From contig NZ_JAUNTW010000008.1 of NCBI RefSeq assembly GCF_030538495.1, positions 82,683 through 146,682 on the forward strand: 64,000 bases of DNA. Direction: 5' to 3'. The position numbers and the translations under genes were made by a program. Of the stretch, positions 36,312 to 44,878 are shown piece after piece; the stretch's first letter is position 1; the number at the start of each line of letters is the position of its first letter. Under the pieces are notes generated by a model. That model saw nothing but the letters and a program-made list of their open reading frames with translations. It was not told where the DNA came from and ran no database searches. This stretch comes from Paracoccus sp. (in: a-proteobacteria) (GTDB lineage: Bacteria > Pseudomonadota > Alphaproteobacteria > Rhodobacterales > Rhodobacteraceae).

Positions 36312-37980
36312 GCGCCTGATCTATCTGCCGCTGGGCGGCGCGGGCGAAATCGGCATGAACGCCTATGTCTATGGCTATGGCGTGCCGGGGAAAGAACGGC
36401 TGATTCTGGTCGATCTGGGCGTCAGCTTTGGCGATATGGACAGCAGCCCCGGCATTGATCTGATCATGCCGGACATCACATGGCTGGAACAAAACCGCGA
36501 CCGGCTGGAGGCGATTTTTATCACCCACGCCCACGAAGACCATATCGGCGCCCTTGGGCATCTGTGGGGGCGGCTGGATGTTCCGATCTATGCCCGCCAA
36601 TTCACCGGCGCGCTGATCCGCCTGAAGCTGGAGGAACAGGGCCATCCGGCAAACGCCGTGAACATCACCGGCCCCCGCCCCGAGGTGACGCAGGCCGGCC
36701 CGTTCAACGTGCAATTCGTGCCGATCAGCCATTCGATCCCGGAAAGCGCGGCGCTGATTATCGACACGCCCGCCGGTCGGATCGTCCATTCGGGCGATTT
36801 CAAACTGGACAGCGCCCCCGTCGTTGGCGAGGCGTTTGACCCGATCCTGTGGCGCGACATTGCCGCCGAAGGGCGCGGCATCAAGGTGATGACCTGCGAC
36901 AGCACCAACATCTTTTCCACCCATCCGGGGCGGTCGGAATCCATGCTGGCCAACCCGATTCTGGAATGGGTGATGGCGCAGAAAAACATGATCGTTGCGA
37001 CCACCTTTGCGTCGAATGTCGCGCGTCTGAAAACGCTGGCTGATGCCGCCGTGGCCTCGGGGCGCAAGATTTGCCTGTTGGGTCGCGCGATGCGGCGGAT
37101 GGTTTCGGTCGCCTTGGAAACCGGCGTGTTGCAGGATTTCCCCAGCACCATCGGCCCGGATGAGGCCGCCAGCCTGCCGCGTCATCAGGTCATGCTGATC
37201 GCCACCGGCAGTCAGGGCGAACGCCGCGCCGCCAGTGCGCAATTGTCCCGCGGCCGCTATCTGGGCCTGTCCTTGAAAGAGGGCGACAGCTATCTGTTCA
37301 GTTCGAAAACCATCCCCGGCAATGAAAAGCCGGTCGGGCGGATCATGAACGCGCTGTCGGAATTGGGCGTTGACGTTTACGATGCCGATGACGGGCTGTT
37401 CCATGTCTCGGGTCACGCCAACCGCCCGGACATCGAGGCGATGCACGAACTGCTGAAACCGAAAATCGTGATCCCGCAGCATGGCGAACATCTGCATCTG
37501 CGCGAACATGTTCTGTTGGCGCGGTCCAAGGGGATGGCGTCCGAAATCGCCACCAATGGCACCATGCTGGATCTGACCGGCGACACCCCGCGCGTGGTTG
37601 ATCAGGTCGAAAGCGGCAAGCTGTATCTGGACGGCAATGTGCTGATCGGGGCCATGGACGGCATTGTCCGCGACCGGATTCGCATGGCGCTGAACGGTCA
37701 CGCCATGGTCAGCGTGATCGTGGATGAAGACGACAATGTTCTGCCCGATGCCTGGGTTGAACTGATGGGCCTGTCCGAACGCACCCGCGGCGGCGATGAT
37801 CTGGCCCGCCAGATCGAAGGCGAACTGGCGGATTTCCTGGAAGGCGCGGACCGCCGCACCGTCAACGACGACAGCAAAATGGACGAGGCGATCCGCAAGA
37901 TCACCCGTCAGGTTGCCATGGAAGAAATCGGCAAAAAGCCCGAGGTGACGGTAATTATCAGCCGTCTGGCTGCGGACTGA
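36304..37980 (+). CDS. rnj: Ribonuclease J (metallo-beta-lactamase / beta-CASP)
   Basis: HAHEDHIG metal motif and beta-CASP motifs. 559 aa. Confidence 0.88.
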   Translation: MAERLIYLPLGGAGEIGMNAYVYGYGVPGKERLILVDLGVSFGDMDSSPGIDLIMPDITWLEQNRDRLEAIFITHAHEDHIGALGHLWGRLDVPIYARQFTGALIRLKLEEQGHPANAVNITGPRPEVTQAGPFNVQFVPISHSIPESAALIIDTPAGRIVHSGDFKLDSAPVVGEAFDPILWRDIAAEGRGIKVMTCDSTNIFSTHPGRSESMLANPILEWVMAQKNMIVATTFASNVARLKTLADAAVASGRKICLLGRAMRRMVSVALETGVLQDFPSTIGPDEAASLPRHQVMLIATGSQGERRAASAQLSRGRYLGLSLKEGDSYLFSSKTIPGNEKPVGRIMNALSELGVDVYDADDGLFHVSGHANRPDIEAMHELLKPKIVIPQHGEHLHLREHVLLARSKGMASEIATNGTMLDLTGDTPRVVDQVESGKLYLDGNVLIGAMDGIVRDRIRMALNGHAMVSVIVDEDDNVLPDAWVELMGLSERTRGGDDLARQIEGELADFLEGADRRTVNDDSKMDEAIRKITRQVAMEEIGKKPEVTVIISRLAAD

Positions 37981-37990
37981 TCGGGGGGCA

Positions 37991-38008
37991 GGGGGCCTTT
38001 CAGCCCCC
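37991..38008 (+). terminator. GC-only hairpin after rnj (GGGGGC-CTTTCA-GCCCCC), without a U-tract
   Basis: Seen directly 10 nt after the rnj stop. It may be a terminator or processing hairpin. Confidence 0.4.
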
Positions 38009-38040
38009 CTCTTGGCCGTTGGCCAATTCACCCCCTTGAG

Positions 38041-38060
38041 GATATTTTTGCACAGAAGAT
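38041..38060 (+). repeat. Copy 1 of the 22-bp motif family (GATATTTTTGCACAGAAGAT), followed by the hairpin AAGGCGGGC-N10-GCCCGCCTT at 38061-38088
   Basis: Seen directly in the rnj/trmB intergenic region. Confidence 0.7.
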
Positions 38061-38104
38061 AAGGCGGGCTTGACGATAGGCCCGCCTTGCGTCACTGGGC
38101 CGCT

Positions 38105-38821
38105 ATGACTGATGAACCGATAACCGAATTTGATCCCAACCCGCCGCGCCGTAATTTTTACGGGCGGCGGCATGGGAAGACGTTGCGCCACAGCCAGAAG
38201 GGCTATCTGTCCGAGGACTTGGGCGAATTGCGTCCGCGTGGCATCACCGTGCAGGACAACCCCGAACGCCGCGTGATTGATCCGACGGCGATTTTTGGCG
38301 ATGACCGGCCGATTTGGTTAGAGGTGGGCTTTGGCGGCGGTGAGCATATGGTTCACATGGCCAAGACCTATCCCGATATTGGCATTATCGGGTGCGAGCC
38401 GTTTATTAACGGGGTCGCGATGCTGTTGGGGAAAATCCGTGCGGCGGGTGTGGAAAATGTCAGCGTGCATCCCGGCGATGCGCGGGATTTGATGGATGTG
38501 TTGCCGGATGCCTGCATTGATCGGGCGTTTCTGATGTATCCCGATCCGTGGCCCAAGGCCCGCCATCACCGCCGCCGTTTCGTGACGCCGGAACATCTGT
38601 TGCCTTTGGCGCGGGTGATGCGACCGGGCGGAGTGTTCCGCGTGGCGACCGATATTCCCGATTATGTGCGTCAGACGTTGGAGCAGGTGCCGCCTGCCGG
38701 GTTTGATCTGGTGTCGGAAACGCCGCAGGCTTGGGATGATTGGATCAGCACCCGCTACGAACAGAAGGCGCTGCGCGAAGGCCGTCCGCCGCATTATGTC
38801 ACGTTTCGTCGTCAGGGCTGA
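38105..38821 (+). CDS. trmB: tRNA (guanine-N7)-methyltransferase
   Basis: WLEVGFGGGEHMVHMA and D.WPK..HHRRR motifs. ATG at 38105 is preferred over the TTG at 38087. Confidence 0.88.
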   Translation: MTDEPITEFDPNPPRRNFYGRRHGKTLRHSQKGYLSEDLGELRPRGITVQDNPERRVIDPTAIFGDDRPIWLEVGFGGGEHMVHMAKTYPDIGIIGCEPFINGVAMLLGKIRAAGVENVSVHPGDARDLMDVLPDACIDRAFLMYPDPWPKARHHRRRFVTPEHLLPLARVMRPGGVFRVATDIPDYVRQTLEQVPPAGFDLVSETPQAWDDWISTRYEQKALREGRPPHYVTFRRQG

Positions 38822-38827
38822 TCTGCG

Positions 38828-40396
38828 ATGATCCGCGCGCTGCCCTATCTGGTGGCGGGGGCGCTGTTTGTACTGGGGCTGTGGGCGATGTATCGCCTGC
38901 TGGCGCCGGTGGATCTGGCGCAGGTGGCCGCGCAAATCCGGGCGACGCCGTGGCCGGTGATGGGCTTGGCGCTGATGGCGACGCTGTGCGGCTATCTGTG
39001 TCTGGCCGGTTATGATTGGTCGGCGCTGCGTTATATCGGCAAGCCGCTGCCGTTGCCGGTGGTGATGACGGGCGGGCTGATGGCCTATGCCTTTGGGAAC
39101 ACGATCGGGTTAACCGCGATTTCGGGTGGAGCGGTCCGGTGGCGCGTGTATTCCGGGCTGGGGCTGACCGGGTTGGATATTGCCGCGATTTCGACCTTTA
39201 CGGCGGTGTCTTATGGCATGGCGGCGACGGTGATCGGGCTGGGCGCATTAGCCGCGCATCCCACGGCACTGGCCGCGATGCTGCCGTTTTCGGCGGGTGT
39301 CGTGCGGATTGCGGCGGTCGCGGCGATTGTGGCGATTATGGGGCCGCTGGTCTGGGCGTCGCGGTCGGGGCGGGCGCTGCGGTGGCGGCGGTTTGCGCTG
39401 CGCGCGCCGTCGCTGCCGGTTTTGGGGGCGCAGGTCGCGATCAGTCTGGGCGATGTCGTGTCGGCGGCTTTGGTGCTGTATTTGTTCCTGCCGGTGACGG
39501 ATTGCGGTTTTTTCACCTTTCTGGCGGTGTTTGCGGCGGCGATGATGGCGGGGGTGATCAGCCATGTTCCCGGCGGCATCGGCGTGTTCGAGGTGGTGAT
39601 TATGGCCGCCATGCCCACAGGCACGCCGGTGGGTCAGGTCGCGGCGGCGCTGCTGTTGTTTCGGATGGTCTATTATCTGGTGCCGTTTGGGGCGGCGCTG
39701 TTGCTGTTGTCGGCCTACGAAGGGTGGCGGATGTTGGGCCGTCCGATGCTGCCGTCGCGGCTGGGGCATCTGGTGGGCGTTATCGAACCGGCGCTGCGGG
39801 CGGTGACGGCGTTAACTCCGGTGGTGCTGGCGGTGATGATCTTTGGGTCGGGGCTGTGGATGACGTTGTCGGCCATTCTGCGCCTGTCCCCCGCCACCGA
39901 TGACGCGGCCGAGGCGTTGTTTCCATTGGCATTTGTCGATGGGTCGGCGTTGATGTCGAGTGCTTTGGGAACGGGTCTGATCGTGCTGTCGCTGGGCGTT
40001 CTGGCGCGGTCGCGTGGGGCGTTCTGGCTGGCCGTGGCGGCCATGGCGGCGGGTGTTGGCGTGGCGTTAACCGGTCAACCGGAATGGGAACGCGCGGCGG
40101 CGCTGACGGTGGCGATTGGGGTGTTGCTGCCGTTTCGGCATGGGTTTGACCGTGACGCGGTGCTGACCCATGCGCCGTTCACGCCGGGTTGGGTTGCGCT
40201 GTTGCTGGCGGCGGTGTCGGGCTTTGGCTGCGTGTTGTTTTTCGCCGGGGAAAGCATGGCCTTTTCCGGCAAGCTGTGGTGGCAATTTGCCCTGGACGAC
40301 ACCGCGCCCCGCTGGCTGCGTGCGGGGTTAACGGCGGGGCTGTTGGTTGGGGTTGGCGCGCTGATTATGCTGTTGCGCGCGCCCGACCGGCGTTAG
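38828..40396 (+). CDS. UPF0104 / lysyl-phosphatidylglycerol-synthase-TM-like polytopic membrane protein (flippase-like)
   Basis: 522 aa and entirely hydrophobic helices. The N-terminal region resembles the MprF TM-domain family (recalled from memory). There is no synthase domain. Confidence 0.6.
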   Translation: MIRALPYLVAGALFVLGLWAMYRLLAPVDLAQVAAQIRATPWPVMGLALMATLCGYLCLAGYDWSALRYIGKPLPLPVVMTGGLMAYAFGNTIGLTAISGGAVRWRVYSGLGLTGLDIAAISTFTAVSYGMAATVIGLGALAAHPTALAAMLPFSAGVVRIAAVAAIVAIMGPLVWASRSGRALRWRRFALRAPSLPVLGAQVAISLGDVVSAALVLYLFLPVTDCGFFTFLAVFAAAMMAGVISHVPGGIGVFEVVIMAAMPTGTPVGQVAAALLLFRMVYYLVPFGAALLLLSAYEGWRMLGRPMLPSRLGHLVGVIEPALRAVTALTPVVLAVMIFGSGLWMTLSAILRLSPATDDAAEALFPLAFVDGSALMSSALGTGLIVLSLGVLARSRGAFWLAVAAMAAGVGVALTGQPEWERAAALTVAIGVLLPFRHGFDRDAVLTHAPFTPGWVALLLAAVSGFGCVLFFAGESMAFSGKLWWQFALDDTAPRWLRAGLTAGLLVGVGALIMLLRAPDRR

Positions 40397-41301
40397 GGCA
40401 TTTCATGCGCCCAAGGCGGGTTCGCGCCGGGGCGGGATACGGTGACCGCGGCGGCCTGCGCCCCCATGGTCAGGGCGGTGCGCAGCTGCGCGGGCGTCAC
40501 GGATGCCAGCCCGGATTTGGTTAACACGCCCTGCCGCGACAGGCTGGCCAGCACGCCCGCGTTGAACGTATCGCCCGCGCCGATGGTGTCGGCAACGGTG
40601 GTGCGCACCGCTGGCACGTTCACCACGTCCCCGGCCCAGATCGCGCGCGCGCCCGATTCGCCCCCGGTTTGCAGCACGATGCGCGGCCCGGTTTGCAGCA
40701 CACGCTGCGCCGCGGCGTCGGGCGACAGGTCGGGATAGAGCCACTCCAGATCATCGGCGGACAGTTTGACAATATCCGCCATCGGCAGCAGGTGCGACAG
40801 GCGCGCGCGGTAAGGTTCTGGTTCTGTTATGAAAAACGGGCGGATATTGGGGTCGATCATCACGGCCATGCGCGCGTGATTTTGCGCGATCAGCGTTTCG
40901 ATGGTGGCACCGCAGGGGTCCGGCACCAGACTGATGCCGCCCGCGAACAGCGCGGCCACCGTGTCGGGCAGGGGGGCGATGTCATCGGGGCGCAGCATCC
41001 GCCCCGCCGATTCGGCGTCATAGAATGAATAACGCGCCTCGGTCCCGGTCAGGGTCACGATGGCCAAAGTGGTTAACCGATCCGTCACCGGGCAGAGGTC
41101 GGTGTTCACCCCTGCATCGGCCAGCGGTTGCCGGATCATCGCGCCAAAGGGGTCGGTGCTGATCGGCCACAGATAGCCCGCATTGGCCCCCAATCGCCCC
41201 AAAGCCACAGCCGTATTATACACCGCGCCGCCCGCCAGAGGACGAAAACCGCCATCCTGCGGCACCATATCAATTAACGATTCGCCTGCGCACAGGATCA
41301 T
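40393..41301 (-). CDS. PfkB-family carbohydrate kinase (fructokinase or ketodeoxygluconokinase-like)
   Basis: GG..N.A and C-terminal DTIGAGDTFNAG (the PfkB signature 2). Its stop overlaps the convergent UPF0104 stop. Confidence 0.8.
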   Translation of the reverse strand: MILCAGESLIDMVPQDGGFRPLAGGAVYNTAVALGRLGANAGYLWPISTDPFGAMIRQPLADAGVNTDLCPVTDRLTTLAIVTLTGTEARYSFYDAESAGRMLRPDDIAPLPDTVAALFAGGISLVPDPCGATIETLIAQNHARMAVMIDPNIRPFFITEPEPYRARLSHLLPMADIVKLSADDLEWLYPDLSPDAAAQRVLQTGPRIVLQTGGESGARAIWAGDVVNVPAVRTTVADTIGAGDTFNAGVLASLSRQGVLTKSGLASVTPAQLRTALTMGAQAAAVTVSRPGANPPWAHEMP

Positions 41302-41368
41302 ATCGGCCCCCATTTTTCGCATTGGTAGCGTCAGACAGGGGCGCGCACCAGAGGGGGCTTGCATACGA

Positions 41369-41393
41369 TGTAATGTGATAATATACCAATACG
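41369..41393. promoter_or_regulatory. Putative Zur box upstream of zinT
   Basis: TGTAATGTGATAATATACCAATACG is an AT-rich imperfect palindrome. It resembles the GTAATGTTATAACATTAC-type Zur operator and lies 22-46 nt upstream of the zinT ATG. Confidence 0.5.
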
Positions 41394-41414
41394 ACCTATA
41401 TAAGGATCGCCACC

Positions 41415-42068
41415 ATGAACCTCTTTCGTTTATCGATCAGCAGCCTTGCGGTTGCCATGATCGCCCTGACCGCGCCCGCCATGGCGCACAGCACCAAGGC
41501 GGGCCACAGCCACAGCCACGCGCATCACGATGAAAAATCGGTTTACAAAGGTTACTTTGACGATGCGCAAATCCAGCCCCGCGATCTGTCGGATTGGGCC
41601 GGGGAATGGCAGTCGGTTTACCCGCTGTTGACAGCCGGCACGCTGGATCCGGTCATGGTGCATAAGGCCGAACATGGCAGCAAAACCGCCGAGGAATACC
41701 GCGCCTATTACGACATCGGGTATAAGACCGGCGTGGATCGCATCACCATCGACGGCGCGACGGTGACTTTTTACGGTCCCGAAGGCGCGGTCAGCGGGGA
41801 TTACGTCGCCGATGGGTATGAAATACTGACCTATTCCCGTGGCAATCGCGGCGTGCGGTTTGTGTTCGCCAAAGCTGCGGGCGATGACGCCGCGCCGGGC
41901 TATATCCAGTTCAGCGATCACCGCATCGCCCCGGAAACGTCTGATCATTATCACTTGTATTGGGGCGACGACCGGGCCAAGCTGTTAGAGGAACTGACAA
42001 ATTGGCCGACTTACTATCCGGCGGCGCTGTCAGCGGATGAAATTGTCCGCGAAATGATGGCCCATTAA
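41415..42068 (+). CDS. zinT: ZinT/YodA-family periplasmic zinc-binding protein
   Basis: Signal peptide, a His-rich HSHSHAHHDE stretch and the ZinT lipocalin-like core (YKGYFDD...W.G.W.SVYP). Confidence 0.85.
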   Translation: MNLFRLSISSLAVAMIALTAPAMAHSTKAGHSHSHAHHDEKSVYKGYFDDAQIQPRDLSDWAGEWQSVYPLLTAGTLDPVMVHKAEHGSKTAEEYRAYYDIGYKTGVDRITIDGATVTFYGPEGAVSGDYVADGYEILTYSRGNRGVRFVFAKAAGDDAAPGYIQFSDHRIAPETSDHYHLYWGDDRAKLLEELTNWPTYYPAALSADEIVREMMAH

Positions 42069-42076
42069 TGCCGGTG

Positions 42077-42101
42077 GGCGGGCCGTCCCTCCCGGCCCGC
42101 C
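42077..42101. terminator. Bidirectional GC hairpin between the convergent zinT and zinc-ribbon genes
   Basis: GGCGGGCCG-tccctcc-CGGCCCGCC, a 9-bp perfect stem exactly filling the gap between the two stop codons. Confidence 0.6.
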
Positions 42102-43295
42102 TTAATACCCGCGGACGACATAGCCGCCGTCCTGCATGACGAAAAACACCACAGCGGCGACCAGCAGGGCGGCGATGATGGCGGCGGCGATTTTCCACAC
42201 GGAATAGGGACGTTCGCCCATGACCTGCCCGGATTGACCATTGACAACAAAGCGATAGCTTTTGCCATTGTAACGATAGGCGGCGGTCCAGATCGGCAAC
42301 AGGATGTGTTTGAAGGTTTCCGCCGAATAGGTGGTGCTGACCTGTTCAACGCGCTGTTCATCGCCGCCAATATCGCGCCGGGCGTCGCCGTAAATGACCT
42401 GCGCCATCTCGGCCCGCGCCGAATCGTGACCGGCGGCGAGGGGGACGGTATACCCTTCGGCCCCGAAACCGGGCAGATAGGCCGGGTCATAGGGGCGCAG
42501 CGCCGACAGGTCCCACGGCGTTAACGCATCGGTAAACTGGCGGGGCAGAGCGGTTGACGCAAGGATCAGCACATCGTTGAAATCGCGCGCGACCTGCCCC
42601 GACACCCGCCGCCAGCGGATGCGGCGCACCTGCTGCGGCACCCGGCGCGTCTGGCCGTTCACCGTCTGCGTGACATACACGGTTTCATAATAGGCATCGC
42701 CCCGCTGCCCGCTGTAAACGCTGTGCGTATTGGCGTCAAAGGTCCAGAACGGCGAATAAATCCCGTTCATTCTCCGATCCTTACGGGCATAGGCCGCCAG
42801 TCCGTTCGGCGCAAACCACAGGCCGCCCAGCCAGTTCTTCATCGCCTCGCGCGCCTGCGGTTCGGTCAGAACAAAGGGCAGCACCCCCTGCGGCTTGATC
42901 CGCCGCGTGGCGCCCGTGTCGGTCACAACCGGGGTCGCGCAGAACGGGCAGGCGGTTGAATGGCTGGCCGACGATGATTCCACCCGCGCGCCGCAATTGG
43001 GGCAGGCGGTTTCGCGCACCGTTTCCGCCAGATCGCTGCCCGCGTCCAGCCGCAAACCCTTTTCCAGAGGGATTTCAACCAGTTCAGGCGCCTTATGCCC
43101 GGCATCCCATTGCAGGGCATGGCCGGTGTCGTCCTGCCCGTCATCCTGACGCCCCGGCGCGCGGGATGCGCCCGCGCCGATGTCCTGCGCATGGCCGCAG
43201 TAATCGCAGACCAGCCGTTGCTGCCCCGGCTGGAACCGCAGGCTGGCCCCGCATTGCGCGCAGGGGTAACGATATTCGGCGGGCCGCGTCGGCAT
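42102..43295 (-). CDS. Double zinc-ribbon membrane-anchored protein (YdjG/YdjH-like; often mis-annotated as primosomal protein N')
   Basis: Two C-x2-C...C-x2-C ribbons (CAQCG...CDYCGH, CPNCG...CPFCAT), a ~200-aa W/Y-rich middle domain and a C-terminal TM helix IAAAIIAALLVAAVVFFVM. Its stop abuts the start of the SPFH gene (4-nt overlap). Confidence 0.65.
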   Translation of the reverse strand: MPTRPAEYRYPCAQCGASLRFQPGQQRLVCDYCGHAQDIGAGASRAPGRQDDGQDDTGHALQWDAGHKAPELVEIPLEKGLRLDAGSDLAETVRETACPNCGARVESSSASHSTACPFCATPVVTDTGATRRIKPQGVLPFVLTEPQAREAMKNWLGGLWFAPNGLAAYARKDRRMNGIYSPFWTFDANTHSVYSGQRGDAYYETVYVTQTVNGQTRRVPQQVRRIRWRRVSGQVARDFNDVLILASTALPRQFTDALTPWDLSALRPYDPAYLPGFGAEGYTVPLAAGHDSARAEMAQVIYGDARRDIGGDEQRVEQVSTTYSAETFKHILLPIWTAAYRYNGKSYRFVVNGQSGQVMGERPYSVWKIAAAIIAALLVAAVVFFVMQDGGYVVRGY

Positions 43296-44401
43296 CAGCG
43301 CGGCAGCGGCGGCGGCAACATGGTGAACAACTGCGCCAGTTCGGCCACATCTTCGGCCCGTTGCCAGCCGTCCTGGCCCGGCGTCCAGACCAGCGTGTCG
43401 CGGGTAAAGCCGCCATCGGCGACCATGCGGCCCAGATGGCCCCGCCCGAACGGTCCCTGCGCCGCGCCGTCAATCGCGACATGCCAGACGGTTTCGACCG
43501 CCTTACCCGGCAGGGGCGGCGGCGCTGCGGGCGCGGGTGCCGGGGCCGCACCCCACGGGCCGGGACGCGCGCCCATCCCCATAGCCGCGCCCATGGCGGC
43601 ACCAAAGCCCGCCCCCGCACCGCCCTGATTTTGCGCGGCGTTCAGCATCGCTTCGCTGGCGGCGTATTGGCCGAAACGGTCCAGATCACCGATAATCCCC
43701 ATCGAGGTGCGCTTATCCAGCATCTGTTCCACCTCAGTGGGTAAGCTGATGTTTTCGATGTAAAATTCCGGCAGCGTCAGGCCATAGGTTTCGATGACCG
43801 GCGCAATCGCCTTGGCCACCAATTTGCCCAACTGGTCGGTATTCGCGGCCATGTCCAGCACCGGAATGTTGGACGCGGCAATTGCGCGGGAAAATTCCTG
43901 CACGATCACATTGCGGATCTGATAGGCGATTTCGTCACGGGTAAACTCGCCCTCGGTCCCGACGATTTCCGACATAAAGCGCGCCGGGTCCGTGATCCGC
44001 ATGGAATAGGTGCCAAAAGCCCGCAGCCGCACCGGCCCAAATTCGGGATCGCGCGCGATGATCGGGTTGCGCGTCCCCCATTTCAGGTTGTTGAACCGGG
44101 TTTTGTTAACGAAATAGATTTCCGATTTGAACGGGCTGCGGAAGCCGTGATCCCAGTGCTGCAACCGGGTCAGGATCGGCATGTTGTTGGTTTCCAACAG
44201 ATACAGGCCGGGGCCGAACACATCGGCCAGCTGTCCTTCGTGAACGAACACGGCGGCCTGACCTTCGCGGACGGTTAATTTCGCACCGTATTTGATCGCG
44301 CGACCGACGGTTTCAAACCGATACACCATCGTGTCGCGGCTGTCCGAGGTCCATTCAATCACCTCGATAAATTCGCCGCCAAGGATATTCAGAATGGACA
44401 T
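43295..44401 (-). CDS. SPFH/band-7 (flotillin/YdjI-like) protein with a C-terminal Gly/Ala/Pro linker and a GYF-like (DUF4339-type) domain
   Basis: N-terminal SPFH core (LTVREGQAAVFVHEGQLADVFGPGLY), a low-complexity AGAGFGAAMGAAMGMGARPGPWGAAPAPAPAAPPP linker and a C-terminal WHVAIDGAAQGPF...LVWTPGQDGWQRAEDV, which is GYF-like. Confidence 0.75.
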   Translation of the reverse strand: MSILNILGGEFIEVIEWTSDSRDTMVYRFETVGRAIKYGAKLTVREGQAAVFVHEGQLADVFGPGLYLLETNNMPILTRLQHWDHGFRSPFKSEIYFVNKTRFNNLKWGTRNPIIARDPEFGPVRLRAFGTYSMRITDPARFMSEIVGTEGEFTRDEIAYQIRNVIVQEFSRAIAASNIPVLDMAANTDQLGKLVAKAIAPVIETYGLTLPEFYIENISLPTEVEQMLDKRTSMGIIGDLDRFGQYAASEAMLNAAQNQGGAGAGFGAAMGAAMGMGARPGPWGAAPAPAPAAPPPLPGKAVETVWHVAIDGAAQGPFGRGHLGRMVADGGFTRDTLVWTPGQDGWQRAEDVAELAQLFTMLPPPLPR

Positions 44402-44405
44402 GGTG

Positions 44406-44458
44406 GAACCCCGTGCTGTCTGTTTGCCCTATGTATGGGGGCGCGGCGCACGGGGTTC
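44406..44458 (-). promoter_or_regulatory. 11-bp GC-rich stem (GAACCCCGUGC/GCACGGGGUUC) with a 31-nt loop, ending 4 nt before the SPFH start codon and sequestering its SD-like ACGGGG
   Basis: Seen directly on the minus strand: TAA-N10-GAACCCCGTGC-N31-GCACGGGGTTC-CACC-ATG. Confidence 0.5.
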
Positions 44459-44467
44459 AAGCGCGGT

Positions 44468-44809
44468 TTAGGCGTAAACGTCCTGCTTCCCGAAATGACG
44501 GGTCAGCATATAATACACAACGGCGCGATGTTTGTTGCGGTTGGATGACCCGTAATCGTCCAACACCTTGTCCAGTGCGGCGTCCAGTTCGGGCGTGTCG
44601 GGCAGGCCAAGCTTTTTGATCAGGAAATTGGTGCGCACGCGTTCCACTTCGCTGGGATCGCTGGCCGCAATGGTCGAGCTGTCGGCGTTATAGATCGACG
44701 GGCCGCAGCCAATCGTCACCTTGGTCAGCAGGTCCATATCGGGATCGTGGTTCAGCTTGTCGCGCAGGTCGTCGGCGTATTTTTGGATCAAGTCGTCGCG
44801 TTTGCTCAT
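44468..44809 (-). CDS. DUF2853-like small cytoplasmic protein
   Basis: 113 aa, MSKRDDLIQKYADDLRDKL. The ATG is preceded by AAAGGA. The family name is recalled from memory. Confidence 0.55.
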   Translation of the reverse strand: MSKRDDLIQKYADDLRDKLNHDPDMDLLTKVTIGCGPSIYNADSSTIAASDPSEVERVRTNFLIKKLGLPDTPELDAALDKVLDDYGSSNRNKHRAVVYYMLTRHFGKQDVYA

Positions 44810-44878
44810 CTCGGGCGTCCTTTTGTTGCCTGCGGGCAGGATGGCAAGCATCATATGCTAAATCAAGGCGCGCGTCTG

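Noticed and set aside
39016-39903. 295-aa Gly/Ala/Arg-rich ORF overlapping the UPF0104 membrane protein gene in another frame
   Set aside because: It is a low-complexity translation of GC-rich DNA, with no motifs. The real gene occupies the locus.
42102-43295. Annotation of the double zinc-ribbon protein as primosomal protein PriA
   Set aside because: There is no helicase domain. Only the zinc-ribbon region is PriA-like. The C-terminal TM helix and the SPFH neighbour fit a YdjG/YdjH-like membrane protein instead.
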